Below are positions 8,927 to 21,615 of a stretch of 64,000 nucleotides of DNA, piece by piece (positions within the stretch are counted from its first letter, which is position 1; the number at the start of each line of letters is the position of its first letter). This stretch comes from Amphiscolops sp. MND2022. Lineage: Eukaryota. The notes beneath the pieces are model-generated. The model had not been told where the DNA came from, made no database searches, and saw only the letters and a list, made by a program, of their open reading frames with translations. The stretch lies in contig OZ076409.1 of the NCBI GenBank assembly GCA_964187785.1, forward strand, positions 71,860,001 through 71,924,000, in the 5' to 3' direction. Both the position numbers and the translations under genes were made by a program.

Positions 8927-11900
8927 GTGGTTGGGGCGTTATTCCCCACGAAGTTCGCGGCCGCGGGAGACGGGACCCGCGGACCGCCCATCCAATGCAA
9001 AAATATACACTCTAAACAGCACCATTATAAACACGATCTCGAAAATGAACCGTAGGATTGTCTTGAAATTTTGCATACGGATAGAAGAGAAAATTCTAAG
9101 AACTTTTTCCTGCTGGCACTTTTCCGAAAAAAATGTCCTTCATGGGTTTTTTGGGTTTTTTTGGTTTTTTTCTCATCTTTCTCATCTTTGATTAATCAAT
9201 CACCGAATCAAAGGCCATTTTCAGCATGAATGAATGCCCGTAGCAGCAAAGTGCACATTTACAAAAATCATCAACGGTCAACGGTCTTTCGAACGGTCCA
9301 AAAAATTTTCCCCCGGGGGGCATCCAAAGTGCCGAAAAGTGCCAAAATATTTTTTTGGTCTGAATCATTTTGATGAAATTGTTGATTTGAGCAGCAGGAA
9401 CGGTCCGCACGGTCTCGGACCATAAGGTCAAAAATTGTCAGTGAGTTATGGTGACGACCAAAATGACATTGGTTGAGCTGTAGGAGGCCTCTGAAAAAAT
9501 TTGAATTTTTTGAGTCTACAATCCGAGCTGAACTGTTACGTATTATGAACTTTTCAGTACTATGTTGCCAATGACCGAGTACAGATAGATGCATGGGTCA
9601 GCCTTATTGAAATGAACATTGGGCACTGGGCTACCGATTGAGTGCAAAAATTATAGCCTAGTTGCTGTAGTCGAAGAAAAAAATTCTCAGAAGTGTTACT
9701 TTCAATTTGTCATGTTGACTCGGAGTTACAAAAAGGTGATTTTCTCGCCAACAACGGTCCGAACGGTCTTCGACCATGAGATCAAAAATTGTCAGTGTGC
9801 TATGGTGACGCCCAAAAACCCACCGGAACAAGCGTAGGATGCTTCTGAAAAAATTTCGAATTTTTACGTCGGCCCAAGAGTTATTGTGTTACATCGTAAC
9901 AACTTTTCGTGTATGCATATCTCCTGACAGAGTACAGATAGCATCATGGGTCACCTTTATGAAAGTGAACGTGGGCCACTGGTGAACTGCATGGTTATAA
10001 AAAACTTAGACTAAGTGCTGCACGGCGTGAATAATATGCCAAGATGTGTTATTTACGATATTTTAGCACGACTCGGACTGACAAAAAGCCTATTTCTGCC
10101 CCAGCAACGGTCCAAACGGTCATCAAGTGTAAGGTCAAAAAATGTCAGTGTGACATGATGGCGCCTAAAAACCCACCAGAACATTGGTAGGAAGCTTCTG
10201 GAAAAAATTCGAATTTTTACGTGGGCCCGAGAGTTATGATGTTGCATCGTAGCAACATTTCGTGTATGCATATCTCCTGACAGAGTACAGATAGCATCAT
10301 GGGTCACCTTTTTGAAAAAAAACGTGGGCCACTGGTCTATCGATTGGTTGTAAAAAGTTTTCAATCACTGCTGCACGGCGTGAATAATATGCCAATATGG
10401 GGTATTTAGCATTTTTTTGCACGACTCGGACCTACAAAAGTCCCATTTCTGCTCCACCAACGGTCCGTACGGTCTTCAACCATAAGGTCAAAAAAGTCAG
10501 TGTGCTATGGTGACGCCCAAAAACCCACCAGTACACTTGTAGAGTGCTTCCGAAAAATTTTGGAATTTTTAGGTGAGTCCGAGAGTTATAGAGAGTTATG
10601 TTGTCACATCGTAACTACATTTCGGGAATGTATATCTCCTGACACAGTACAGATACCAACATGGGTCATATTTTGGAAAGTGAACGTGGGCCACTGGCCT
10701 ACCGAATGGTGATAAAACGTTTTCACCAGTTGCTACAGGGAGTGATAAAAGTGCTTACATGGGTTACATAGCATTTTTTCAGGCGGCTCGGACTTACAAA
10801 AAGCTCATTTGCTCGCGAACAACGGTGTATACGGTCTCCACTCAGAGGGTCGAAAATTTTTCGTGGGCTATGGTGACGCTCAAAAACCCATCAGTTTACT
10901 TGTGGGATGATTCTGTAAAAATTTAGTGTTTTCGTGCAGTCTATGTTACATATTACATTGGGAACCGTGTTTTTTTCTCACCAAAATCATGTTTCTGAGT
11001 GCCCAAAAACAATTTTTAAAGCCCAGTAGCCACCTAAAATGTTCTTTTGCATAACATGGGATGTGAATAACGTGAAGAAAGTGCTCACTGTGGATTTGGA
11101 GTTATCTCGAAAAAATCAGCTGCCATTAGACGTTACATTACAGAAAATCGTACCTTACATATCGATTCATGGGTTGAGTCAAAAACAGCTAAAGTTCTTT
11201 TTCAGTCAATCAAGACACTTTTTTGTTCACAACCAAGTGTACAGCTGACGTCGAACCTATTTTGACCTTTCACAATGGTTATAATGCGATTTTGAGGGAC
11301 AAAAGCCTCGTTGACCAACAAAGTTCCAAGATGAAATTGCTTTCCAAATCATTTTTTGAAGTATAGGAACGCCATTTTTTGGCGACATCCATCAAATATC
11401 CACTTCTTTTGGCCCAGTGGCTTGTGAAAAATACAACTGGGCATTGACAAGGCACATGGAACTTAATTCGAGTAGTCATGTGCCACAACATTTGCTAATC
11501 GATAGCAAATTTTGTTGAAAATTGATACAACATCACATTTTTGGTGGTCTCAAAATGACAAAATGGAGCTTCAGCAGCAACTATTGGCTTTTAGTGGAAC
11601 TCACTGGCACTGTAGTTTAGGAAAAATAGGTTTACAGTAGTTTCATGCTACTTTTTTAGAATCTGAGGTACATAAAAATATCATACTGAATAGACATATG
11701 ACTTAAACATTGGAATTTTTCCGGATGTGTCACCACTTTTTTGGTATCAGCGGTCCTACCAACACTGTTTTTGGTCTACAACTAAAACCGAGGATCCACC
11801 AAGGTGTATATCAGACTTGTAAAATCAATGCAAGGACTTTCGACATGTCAAAAGTACTGATAAGAAGAGAAACTTCTCAAAAATTTATGTTATGTGTCAT

Positions 11901-13658
11901 ATTCCATTCCACGTTTTTTAATCGGTGCTTGTCGGTTATAGTATTAACGCTCAACAACAAGCTTACTGACAAGAAACAACTTGTTAACAGTTATTAAAAG
12001 TATTTATAATACCACCATGCTCGGTCTTGGCACATTTTTCATCCCATTCGGTCTTAACGTGTAAATTTTACTTCCCAAAAACCCTATTTTTGTCAGGTCG
12101 AAATTCGAATTTTTGTGTTTTGATCAATATTATTGTGTCTGACGTAACCTGTGGCCTCCAAAATACTCAAAAACAATAGTATGACTGCTATCAAATGCTT
12201 CAGTGATATGTGGGGCACGTTAACACGTTTTGGTAGGAACAATTCCACTTTGAAGTGAAAATTTGGAAGACACATTGTGTCAATAAAAACTGAATAGGTG
12301 AAAAACGTACCTAACTCTCGTCAATTAGTATTGATGTAGTAACTGTGTTGCGAATTAGAGGTCTATAGAGTGGTGTATGGGAAAACTGTGGCGCTTAAAG
12401 CGTTGTTCATAACAAAGTTCTTCCAGTAACTACTATTGTGTTTTCAAAAGTTTCACTATATTTCACATATCCACAGAATGTGATTGATGCCACCTAGTAA
12501 TGGAAAACCACTGTCGAATCTTCTTTAGTGGACTCAACAGTCCTGAAAATCACAGACATACATCATGTTTCATAATTATACGATCGAGGCTACACAATAA
12601 TTTATTTCCGCTAGTTGCTGATAACTGAATTTCCTGATAGCCTTCCAAGTTGGCCTTGTGTCAACCTGGGAAGGCTATCAGTACAAAACACAAAGAACAC
12701 AGCTTGTTGTTGCCTTTAATTTGCTGTTGTTTTCGTTAAGATTCTATGGTACCGTTTCTTTATAACATGTGGTTAACATAAGACAATTTCTCTCGGTATG
12801 GAACGACATCCATTGATAAGAAAGATTACAGTTTTTTAGTTGAAAAAGACCTTGAAACTAGTGCGCAATTCATGCAATTCATCCAAAAAGCTCAATCATT
12901 TCAATACTTTGCGTCACATTGAGCGTCACGAACCACAATACTCCCTTTAACTGACAGTACAAAGACACATCATCATTTGACCGTCCACAGAGCGAAGGCG
13001 TGGCGAGGCACGCCTTTCGAAGTCCTTTGGCAAAAAAGTACTAACGTCCGTTCGTGACGCATACGAAAAACTCTTTTCATTTCAACAATCGTCATAAAGC
13101 ATATTCGTTATATCGTCTTTTGGTTACATTTGTGCAGTGATACCTTTATCAGTGAAATATTAAGTTATACCTAGGTAACAGCAGTTACTTCGTGATTACC
13201 AAAGTGATATCAAAATGTTGTTACATAAATATTTCTGACAGCGGAATTCCGAAGTGTCATTAGGTACTTTTGCAGTGCTCGTTAGGAAAGCGAGTACTTT
13301 TGCTTGGACCAAACATGCTTGTATCAGATTGGTCATGTGAAGGCAGGTAACGGAATCAAAACAATGTTCCTCATCAGCTTTTTGGTAGGGTCAGAAACAC
13401 AATGTTTCCTTTTTACCGTCCCCCAATTGTTTGTTAGCTTCTGTTCATAGAGAATTGTTTCTGCGCAGACCAAAATATAGCAAGTTATCCAATACGCCTG
13501 ATATCGGTTTTGCCCCACAGAGAACTATCACTTAACATTTTTGTATGTTGACATCTTTTTACCCCGTAGTTCAACAACTCATGCACCTTCATTTCTTCTT
13601 CAACAACTAACTCGCCACCTCCGTGTCGTCTCGTGGTTTGTTTAGCCTCCAGCGCTAG
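8927..13658 (+). mobile_element. Family D element (4732 bp)
   Basis: Second copy at 50475-55210 has the same boundaries; internal ~354-bp repeats; variant palindrome 12995-13016. Confidence 0.75.
9399..10930 (+). repeat. Internal tandem repeat, ~354-bp unit, ~4.3 diverged copies
   Basis: AACGGTCCGNACGGTC...TCAAAAA-type anchor at 9399, 9753, 10106, 10459, 10821; end approximate. Confidence 0.85.
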
Positions 13659-15647
13659 GTGGGCGGGGGTAATTCCCCAACAAAAATTACGGCCGGCGGG
13701 TTGGGTCCTGCCGGACGTTCAAATAGCGCGAAGCATCTAGTAGAAAACAAGGAGTCCTGAAACAGCGATTTTAAAATTGAACCGTTAGAATTTGGTTTTA
13801 GATTGCATGCGGCCCTAAAATCCCCATACGAATGGAAGTTCCTGCTGGCGTTAAGCGATTGAAATAATATATAAAAAGTTATGGCCCATTTTTGGGTCAC
13901 CGAGAAGGTCAAAATGAAGAAAATTTTAACTAAGTTGCTGATAACTCAAAATGTGTTAATTTTTGGACTTTGACTGTGAAACAAGCTTGGAACCTTCATT
14001 TCGTGGCTGTGGCATTGCACTGAACACAAAAGATGTAAAGTTTTTACATTTTTTGAAAATTCGACATTTTTGATTTTTTTTTCACTACTATCAGTACACT
14101 ATATGTCAAAAACACCTCTGAAAAAATTTTTTATTTGCTTAAAATTGGAAACCTTGGTATCCATGGTTTCTGTCGGAACCTACTAGCTGCCAAACACCCA
14201 ACAGTTTGCATCCAATGTGAAATTAAAATTTTTTTCGAGGTCTTAGGTGTTTCACAAGGATTTCTCAACTTAGTTTCAATTTACAAATTGGTCATATTGA
14301 ACACATTATTTTCATCGAAGCTTGTCAGATACCGCCCTAATGCTCACTAATGGGCCTACTGGCAACGTTGGAACCGTTTAGAGTAATAGAAAGTAATAAA
14401 AAAATTTTTTCACCTGTTCTCCAGTCATTTTTCAGACATTCGGAACTTATCTTAGAAAAATTTCGTCTCAAAAACCCATTTTTCGTCAAGTCGATAATTG
14501 AAATTCACCTTTTTATGCAGAATTACTAACTCTGACGTAACCAGTGGTGGGGCCCATGATACTCAAAAACACGATTGGGACCGGTACCAATGGCTCCAAT
14601 ATCATATGAGCCGCGATAAGACGTTATTTTGAGCAATACGTCTCAATAGAGGTAAACATCTCGCAAGTCAGGGATCACTGTGAAGTGTGATTTCATCAAA
14701 ATTTTACTCATTTTCGTCAATCACTATGTGCACAGAGTGCGTTGGGTGAATTCCAGCACTATAATGAGGTTTTTGAAGGCATCGGGTTGCTCAAGGGGTG
14801 GTATGAGACATTTTTGTCCCATATACTACTGTATTTTCCAAAATTTTTAGCCCAATATCTGGAAATACAAACTTGACAAAATACTTTCAACTACTTTATT
14901 CAAAGGTTACATTATAGATGAACACTGTGGTTGATCAGAAACTTTCATCTCTTTCGTTTTCCGAAATATTTCCCTTCGCATGTGTTATATTTGTAGCAGA
15001 AAAAAAATCGAAACTGAAAAATACGCTATTTTGATAATATAGAATCGCATTGATTGTGCCTAAAAACTCTTTAAACACTTCTAACGCAACCTTACGGACC
15101 CAAAATGGATGAAAATGCTATTCACAATGGTGACATGTGCTCTTTCTACGATCCTGACTGAACAAGTTTTGCATATTGTTCAAGTACCTGTCAATTGAAT
15201 TTTGTGATAGCCTTTCAAGTTGGCCTTGCGTCAACTTTGGAAGGCTATCACATCAAAAAATTTTCATCAAAAATCTTTTTTGTTTATTGGATTTTACAGT
15301 CGATACCTTTTTTCGTGATTCTATACTACCGTTAGTATATTCCATGAGGTCATCTTACGATTGCATTCAGTCTTTGATAAAAACCTATGAACTCAAAGTC
15401 ACATTTATATATTTTTTGCCCAACAAAATCATCAAAAATATCTAAAATATGTAAAATAGAGTCTTTACCTTTTTTAAGTTTCAAGTTTCTGCCGTTATTA
15501 AGCCAATCAACGTCCTAGAGCCATATCCTGTCATACTGTACAACGCCACATAGTGTTGCGACGTTCACGGTCTGTGGGCATGCCGAGGCATGCCCTTCGA
15601 CGACGTATGCCGAATACCGCGGGCCTACGCCCGCGCTCCCCGGCTAG
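13659..15647 (+). mobile_element. Family B element (1989 bp)
   Basis: Colinear with 3384-5371; palindrome 15576-15595; ends GCGGGC-ctac-GCCCGC-GCTCCCCGG-CTAG. Confidence 0.75.
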
Positions 15648-17639
15648 GTGGGCGGGGGTAATTCCCCAACAAAAAAATCGGCCGGCGGGTCGGGTCCTGC
15701 CGGCCGTCCAAAATCAAAATCCTCCTAGTAGAAAACGGCATGTCAAACGAGCTATTTTTTTATTTAACCATACGAATTTCACCATTTTTTGCATGCGGCC
15801 CTGAAATGGCCATACGAGACGAAGTTCCTGCTGACGTTTTGCGATGTAAATGTTTTATAAAAAGTTATGGCCGATTTGTCATTCACCTAGAAGGGTAAAA
15901 TGAGGAAAATTTTAACAAAGTCGCTGATAACTCAAAATGTGTTAATTTTTGGACTTTGACTGTGAAACAAGCTTGGAACCTTAATTTCGTGGCTGTGGCA
16001 TTGCATTGAACACAAAAGATGTAAGGTTTTTACATTTTTTGAAAATTCGACATTTTTGAAAATTTTTTCACTACTATCAGTACCCCATATGTCAAAAACA
16101 CCACAAAAAAAATTTTTTATTTGCTTTAAATTGAAAACCTTGGTAGCCATGGTTTCTGTCGGAACATACTCGCTGCCAAACACCCAACAGTTTGCATCCA
16201 GTGTGAATTTAAAAATTTTTTCGAGGTCTTAGGTGTTTCACAAGGATTTCTCAACTTAGTATCAAATTACAAATTGGTCATTTTAAACACATTATTTTCA
16301 TCGAAGCGTGTCAGATACCGCCCTAATGCTCACGAACGGGCCTACTGGCAACGTTGGAACAATTTATCGTAATAGAAAGTTTTAAAAAAAATTTTTCGCC
16401 CGGTCTTCAGTCATTTTTCACACATTCGGAACTTAACTTAGAAAAATTTCAACCGAAAAACCCATTTTTTGTCAGGTCGAAAATTCAAAGTCAGCTTTTT
16501 AAGCAAAATTATCAACTCTGACGTAACCAGTGGGGCCCATGATACTCAAAACAACGATTGGGGTTGGTACCAATGGCTCCAATAACATATGAGTCGCGAT
16601 AAGACGTTATTTTGAGCAATATGTCTCAATTGAGTTAAAGATCTCGCCAACCAGTGATCACTGTGAAATGTAAATTCAATAAAAATTTACTCATTTTCGT
16701 CAATCACCATGTGCACAGAGTGCGTAGGGTGAGTTCCAGCACTATAATGAGGTTTTTGAAGGCATCGGGTTGCTCAAGGGGTGGTATGAGACATTTTTTT
16801 CCTATATACTACTGTATTTTCCAAAAGTTTTAGCCCATTATCTGGAAAAACTAACTTGACAAAATACTTTCAACAACTTTTTTCAAAGGTTACAATGTAG
16901 ATGAACCCAGTGGTTGATCAAAAATTTTCATCTCTTTCGGTTTCCGAAATAATTCCCTTCGAATGTGTTACATTTGTAGCAGGAAAAAAACCGAAACTAA
17001 AAAATACGCGATTTTGCTGAGATAGAATCGCAATGGTTGCCCCTAAAATCTCTTTAAATACTTCTAACGCGACCTTATGGACCCAAAATGATTGAAAATG
17101 CCATTCACAATGCTGACATGTGCTCTTTCGACGATCCTGGCTAGACAAGTTTTGCATATTTTTCAAGTACCTGTTAACTGAATTTTGTGATAGCCTTTTA
17201 AGTTGGCCTTGTGTCAACTTGGGAAGGCTATCACATCAAAAAACTTTCATCAAAAATACTTTTTGTTTATACAATAATGTAGTCGATAGTTATTTTCGTG
17301 ATTTTACACTACCGTTAGTACCTTCCGCCAGGTCAGCTGACGATTGCATGCTGTCTTTGATAAAAACGTATGAACACCAAGAAAATTTTGTTGTATTTTT
17401 GTTGAAGAAAAGTATTAATAAATAATAAAAATATAATTCTAACCTTAAACAACTATAAATTTGCTTAACCGTTATTAGTCCTACCACCTATCATCAGCCT
17501 ATGCCATGGCCCGGTGATTAGTAGTACAACGCCACATAAAGTAGCGACGCCCACAGTCTGTGGGCATGCCGAGGCATGCCCTTCGACGACGTATGGCAAT
17601 TTTAGCGTAGCCCGCGGTCACTACCGCGGTAGCAGCTAG
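15648..17639 (+). mobile_element. Family B element (1992 bp)
   Basis: Head nearly identical to 3384; palindrome 17562-17581. Confidence 0.75.
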
Positions 17640-19620
17640 GTGGGCGGGGGTAATTCCCCAACAAAAAATTCGGCCGGCGGGTTGGGTCCTGCCGGACGTC
17701 AAATAGTGTGAAACATCCAGTAGGAAACGGCGACATTTATCAGCGATTTTAAAATTTAACCGTTAGAATTCGGACTTGGAGTGCATGCGGCCCCAAAATG
17801 CCCATACGAATCGAAGTTCCTGCTGACGTTAAGCGGTAAAAACATTTTATAAAAAGTTATGGCCCATTTTACGTTCACTTAGAGAGGTAAAATGAGGAAA
17901 ATTTAAACAAAGTTGCTGATAACTCAAAATACATTAATTTTTGGACTTTGACTGTGAAACAAGCTTGGAACCTTCATTTCGTGGCTGTGGCATTGCACTG
18001 AACACAAAAGATGTAAAGTTTTCACATTTTTTGAAAATTCGACGTTTTTGAATTTTTTTCACTACTATCAGTACACTATATGTCAAAAACACCTCTGAAA
18101 AAATTTTTTGTTTGCTTAAATTTAGAAACCTCGGTATCCATGGTTTCTGTCGGAACCTACTCGCAGCCAAACACTCAACAGTTTCCATCCAATGTGAAAA
18201 TAAAATTTTTTTCGGGGTCATAAGCGTTTCACAAGGATTTCTCAACTTAGTATTAATTTACAAAATGGTCATTTTGAACACAATATTTTCATCGAGGCTT
18301 GTCGGCTATAGCCTTAATGTTCTAGAACGGTCCCACTGGCAACGTAGGAACCATTTATAGTAATAGAAAGTTTTAAAAAAATATTTTCACCCGGTCTTCA
18401 GTCATTTTTCAGTCATTCGGAACTTAACTTAGAAAAATTTCGACCAAAATACCCATTTTTTGTCAGGTCGAAAAATCAAATTAAGATTTTTAAGCAAAAT
18501 TATTAACTCTGACGTAACCCATGGGGCCCATGATACTCAATACAACGATTGACACTGGTATCAATGGCTCCAATAACATATGAGTTGCGATAAGACGTTA
18601 TTTTGAGCAATACGTCTCAATTGAGGTAAAGATCTCGCAAGCCAGCGATCACTGTGAAATGTGATTTCATCAAAAATTTACTCATTTTTGTCAATCACTA
18701 TGTGCACAGAATGCGTAGGGTGCGTTTCAGCACTATAATGAGGTATTTGAAAGCATCGAGTTGCTCAAGGGGTGGTATGAGACATTTTTGTCCCATATAC
18801 TTCTGTATTTTCCAAAATTTTTAGCCCAATATCTGGAAATACAAACATGACAAATAACTTTCAACTACTTTATTCAAAGGTTACAATATAGATGAACACT
18901 GTGGTTGATCAGAAACTTTCATCTCTTTCGTTTTCCGAAATATTTCCCTTCGCATGTGTTACATTTGTAGCAGAAAAAAAATCGATACTGAAAAATACGC
19001 TATTTTGCTAATATAGAATCGCAATGATTGTGCCTAAAAACTCTTTAAACACTTCTAGCGCGACCTTACGCACCCAAAATGATCGAAAATGCTATTCACA
19101 ATGGTGACATGTGCTCTTTCAACGATCCTGACTGAACAATTTTCGCAAATTATTCAAGTACCTGTTAACTGAATCTCGTGATAGCCTTTTAAGTTGGCCT
19201 TGCGTCAACTTGGGAAGGCTATCACATCAAAAAATTTCCAACAAAAAACTTTTTGTTTATTGGAAATGACAGTCGATATATAATTTCATGTGTCTATACT
19301 ACCGTTAGTACCTTCCATTAAGTCACCTGACGATTGCATTCAGTCTTTGATAAATACCTATGAACTCGAAGTCATATTTATAAATTTTGTGCTAAAAATA
19401 ACCATCAAAAGTATCCAAATTATTTAAAATTGAGTCTTTACCGTTTTTGTTTTTCTTTTTCTACTGTTATTAGGCCCATCAACTTCCTACAGCCACGCTC
19501 TCTGTCATTAGTACAACGCCACATAGTGTTGCGACGTGCACGGTCTGTGGGCATGCCGAGGCATGCCCTTCGACGACGTATGCCGAATACCGCGGGCCTA
19601 CGCCCGCGCTCCCCGGCTAG
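17640..19620 (+). mobile_element. Family B element (1981 bp)
   Basis: B body; palindrome 19549-19568; CTAG end. Confidence 0.75.
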
Positions 19621-21615
19621 GTGCGGGGGGGAAACCCCAACAAAATTTTTGGAGGATTCGGGTAGGGTCCTGAATCCGAGTTCAGTGCTGCCAGCTTTCG
19701 TTAAGAAAATTTGGATAGGATTCGGGATCTCGTGATCTAACCATAGGATTTTAAAGTTGGAGCGGCCCCCACCAGATTTTCCGAAAATTAGCGCCCCCCA
19801 CCGGGTTCCATACCCCGGAAAATTTTTTTCTGGCCACACGGGCGACCGTTAGGGGGTCATTTTAGGGGTAAAATTCATATTGGGCCACATAACTTTTTTT
19901 CTGTTGATTTAAAACTTTGGGACCCTGCTAAAAGTTTCTTGACCGTGTTGCAGGGGCCCCGGAGGTCCAAACCAAATTTTTCTATCTTGAAGCTATCTCC
20001 AAGTACCCCCCCGCCCAAAACGTTATTTTTCCGGAAACGCAGGTTTTTGACCCGGAAGGAGTCGTCGGAGCGCGGGGTCGTTAGGTGATGTATTGGGGAC
20101 GGCCTTGAGACGAAGTGGGGGACATGTAGTTTGTCAACCTCAGTTTACCCCTCGGACAGGAAATGACCGTTATATGAGCGGGAAAATTGCCCCCCTCCAC
20201 GTTTTACCGCTATTTCCGGTGTGAAGGAGTGGGAGTAGCGCGTCGGGTGCCATATATCAAAAGTAGGTTTAGACAAGGACCTATCGGAAACATGTAGTTT
20301 GGGACCCCCTGGACCAACCCGTTAGCGGGAAATGGCGCTTCCGCCTCCTTTTTTTACGGTTAAAAACGGAAAATGGGCATTGAGGGGTAAATATCTCGTG
20401 AACGCGTGGAGCTACGGTGTCCTTCACTACTACAAGGTTTCATACCCATGATATGGTGCCTTCAGGGGGGCAAACAGATTTCCGCTATCTATCACCGTTA
20501 CGGACTTGGCCCCCCAGCCTAACCGTTAAGTGACCGGAAATGTCATATTTTGAACCCAAAGGGTGGGTCCCAGCCGGGGAACGTTAGGTAACTTATTGTA
20601 GTACTCATTGAGACGAGTTGGGGGACATAGTTTCAGTCACCCCCCGTTACCCCTTGGGACCGGAAATGACCGTTATGTGGGTAAAGTTGCAATTTTTGTA
20701 CTTTTTGAAGGGCAATTAGGTGCGGAAGGAGTGGTAATAGGTGCTTGGACACTATATGATGGAAGGGAGGATGTGAGGCGAGCGTTCGGAAATAACCGTT
20801 ATGTTGACCCCAAAGTCCCCCTGGTACCGTAAACGACCGGAAATGGTCAAATTTTGTGTCTATTGGGTACAAATGTTTGGTATTCTGTAAATATAAGTAT
20901 CTATTAGGTGTTTCGACGGTTTGCAGTTGTGAACATAGTCATGAAACCTTGTGGGGGTAACGGTATATAGCACCGGAAATCCGAACCGTTGGAGACAGGA
21001 TAGGTTTTTTGCTTTCAAAATGCCTATAAGCGTATTTTTGTGGGTTGAATTGTCATAATATCGACTATTTTGGATGTTTTTCTGACATTAAATGTATTTC
21101 CGATAGTTTCAGGGACCTCCATTGCTTCAATCAACTTAACCGTTACCTTATGATAGCCTTTCAAGTTGCCCTCGTGTCAACTTGGAAGGGCTATCCTTCA
21201 AAAATCGTGAATCAAGTGTGTTTTTGAGTGAGTTTTTATTACTTTAGTATCAATTAGATCTTAATAATCAAATTGTTAACGACAAAAACTATGTCGTGAT
21301 GATACCGTTAGTAGCAGAATAGTTAACAACTAGTTGATAAAGTTGATTTTTTGCCTTTTAAATGTTTCCTAGAAGTCAGGAAAACAATTTACCTCATAAA
21401 TGGTACTGATTGAACCCAAGTAACAGCTGAAAAAAAGTTGAACATTATTTTTTCGTTTCATTATGGAAGCAAAAACCTCACTTATTAGTTTCATTAACGT
21501 CAACGCCACATACTTTACATCAACGCCCACGGTCTGTGGGCATGCCGAGGCATGCCCTTCGACGACGTATACCAAATTCCTCCAACACAACACCCTCGAG
21601 CGCGGTAGCAGCTAG
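19621..21615 (+). mobile_element. Family E element (1995 bp), single copy, GC-richer interior
   Basis: Starts GTGC; interior unique in the window; keeps head hairpins, GATAGCC hairpin 21152-21195, palindrome 21538-21557 and CTAG end. Confidence 0.7.

Noticed and set aside
13171..13179. CTAGGT inside D as an additional junction
   Set aside because: It is followed by AAC rather than a GTGG hairpin head, and the second D copy has ATAGGT at this position.
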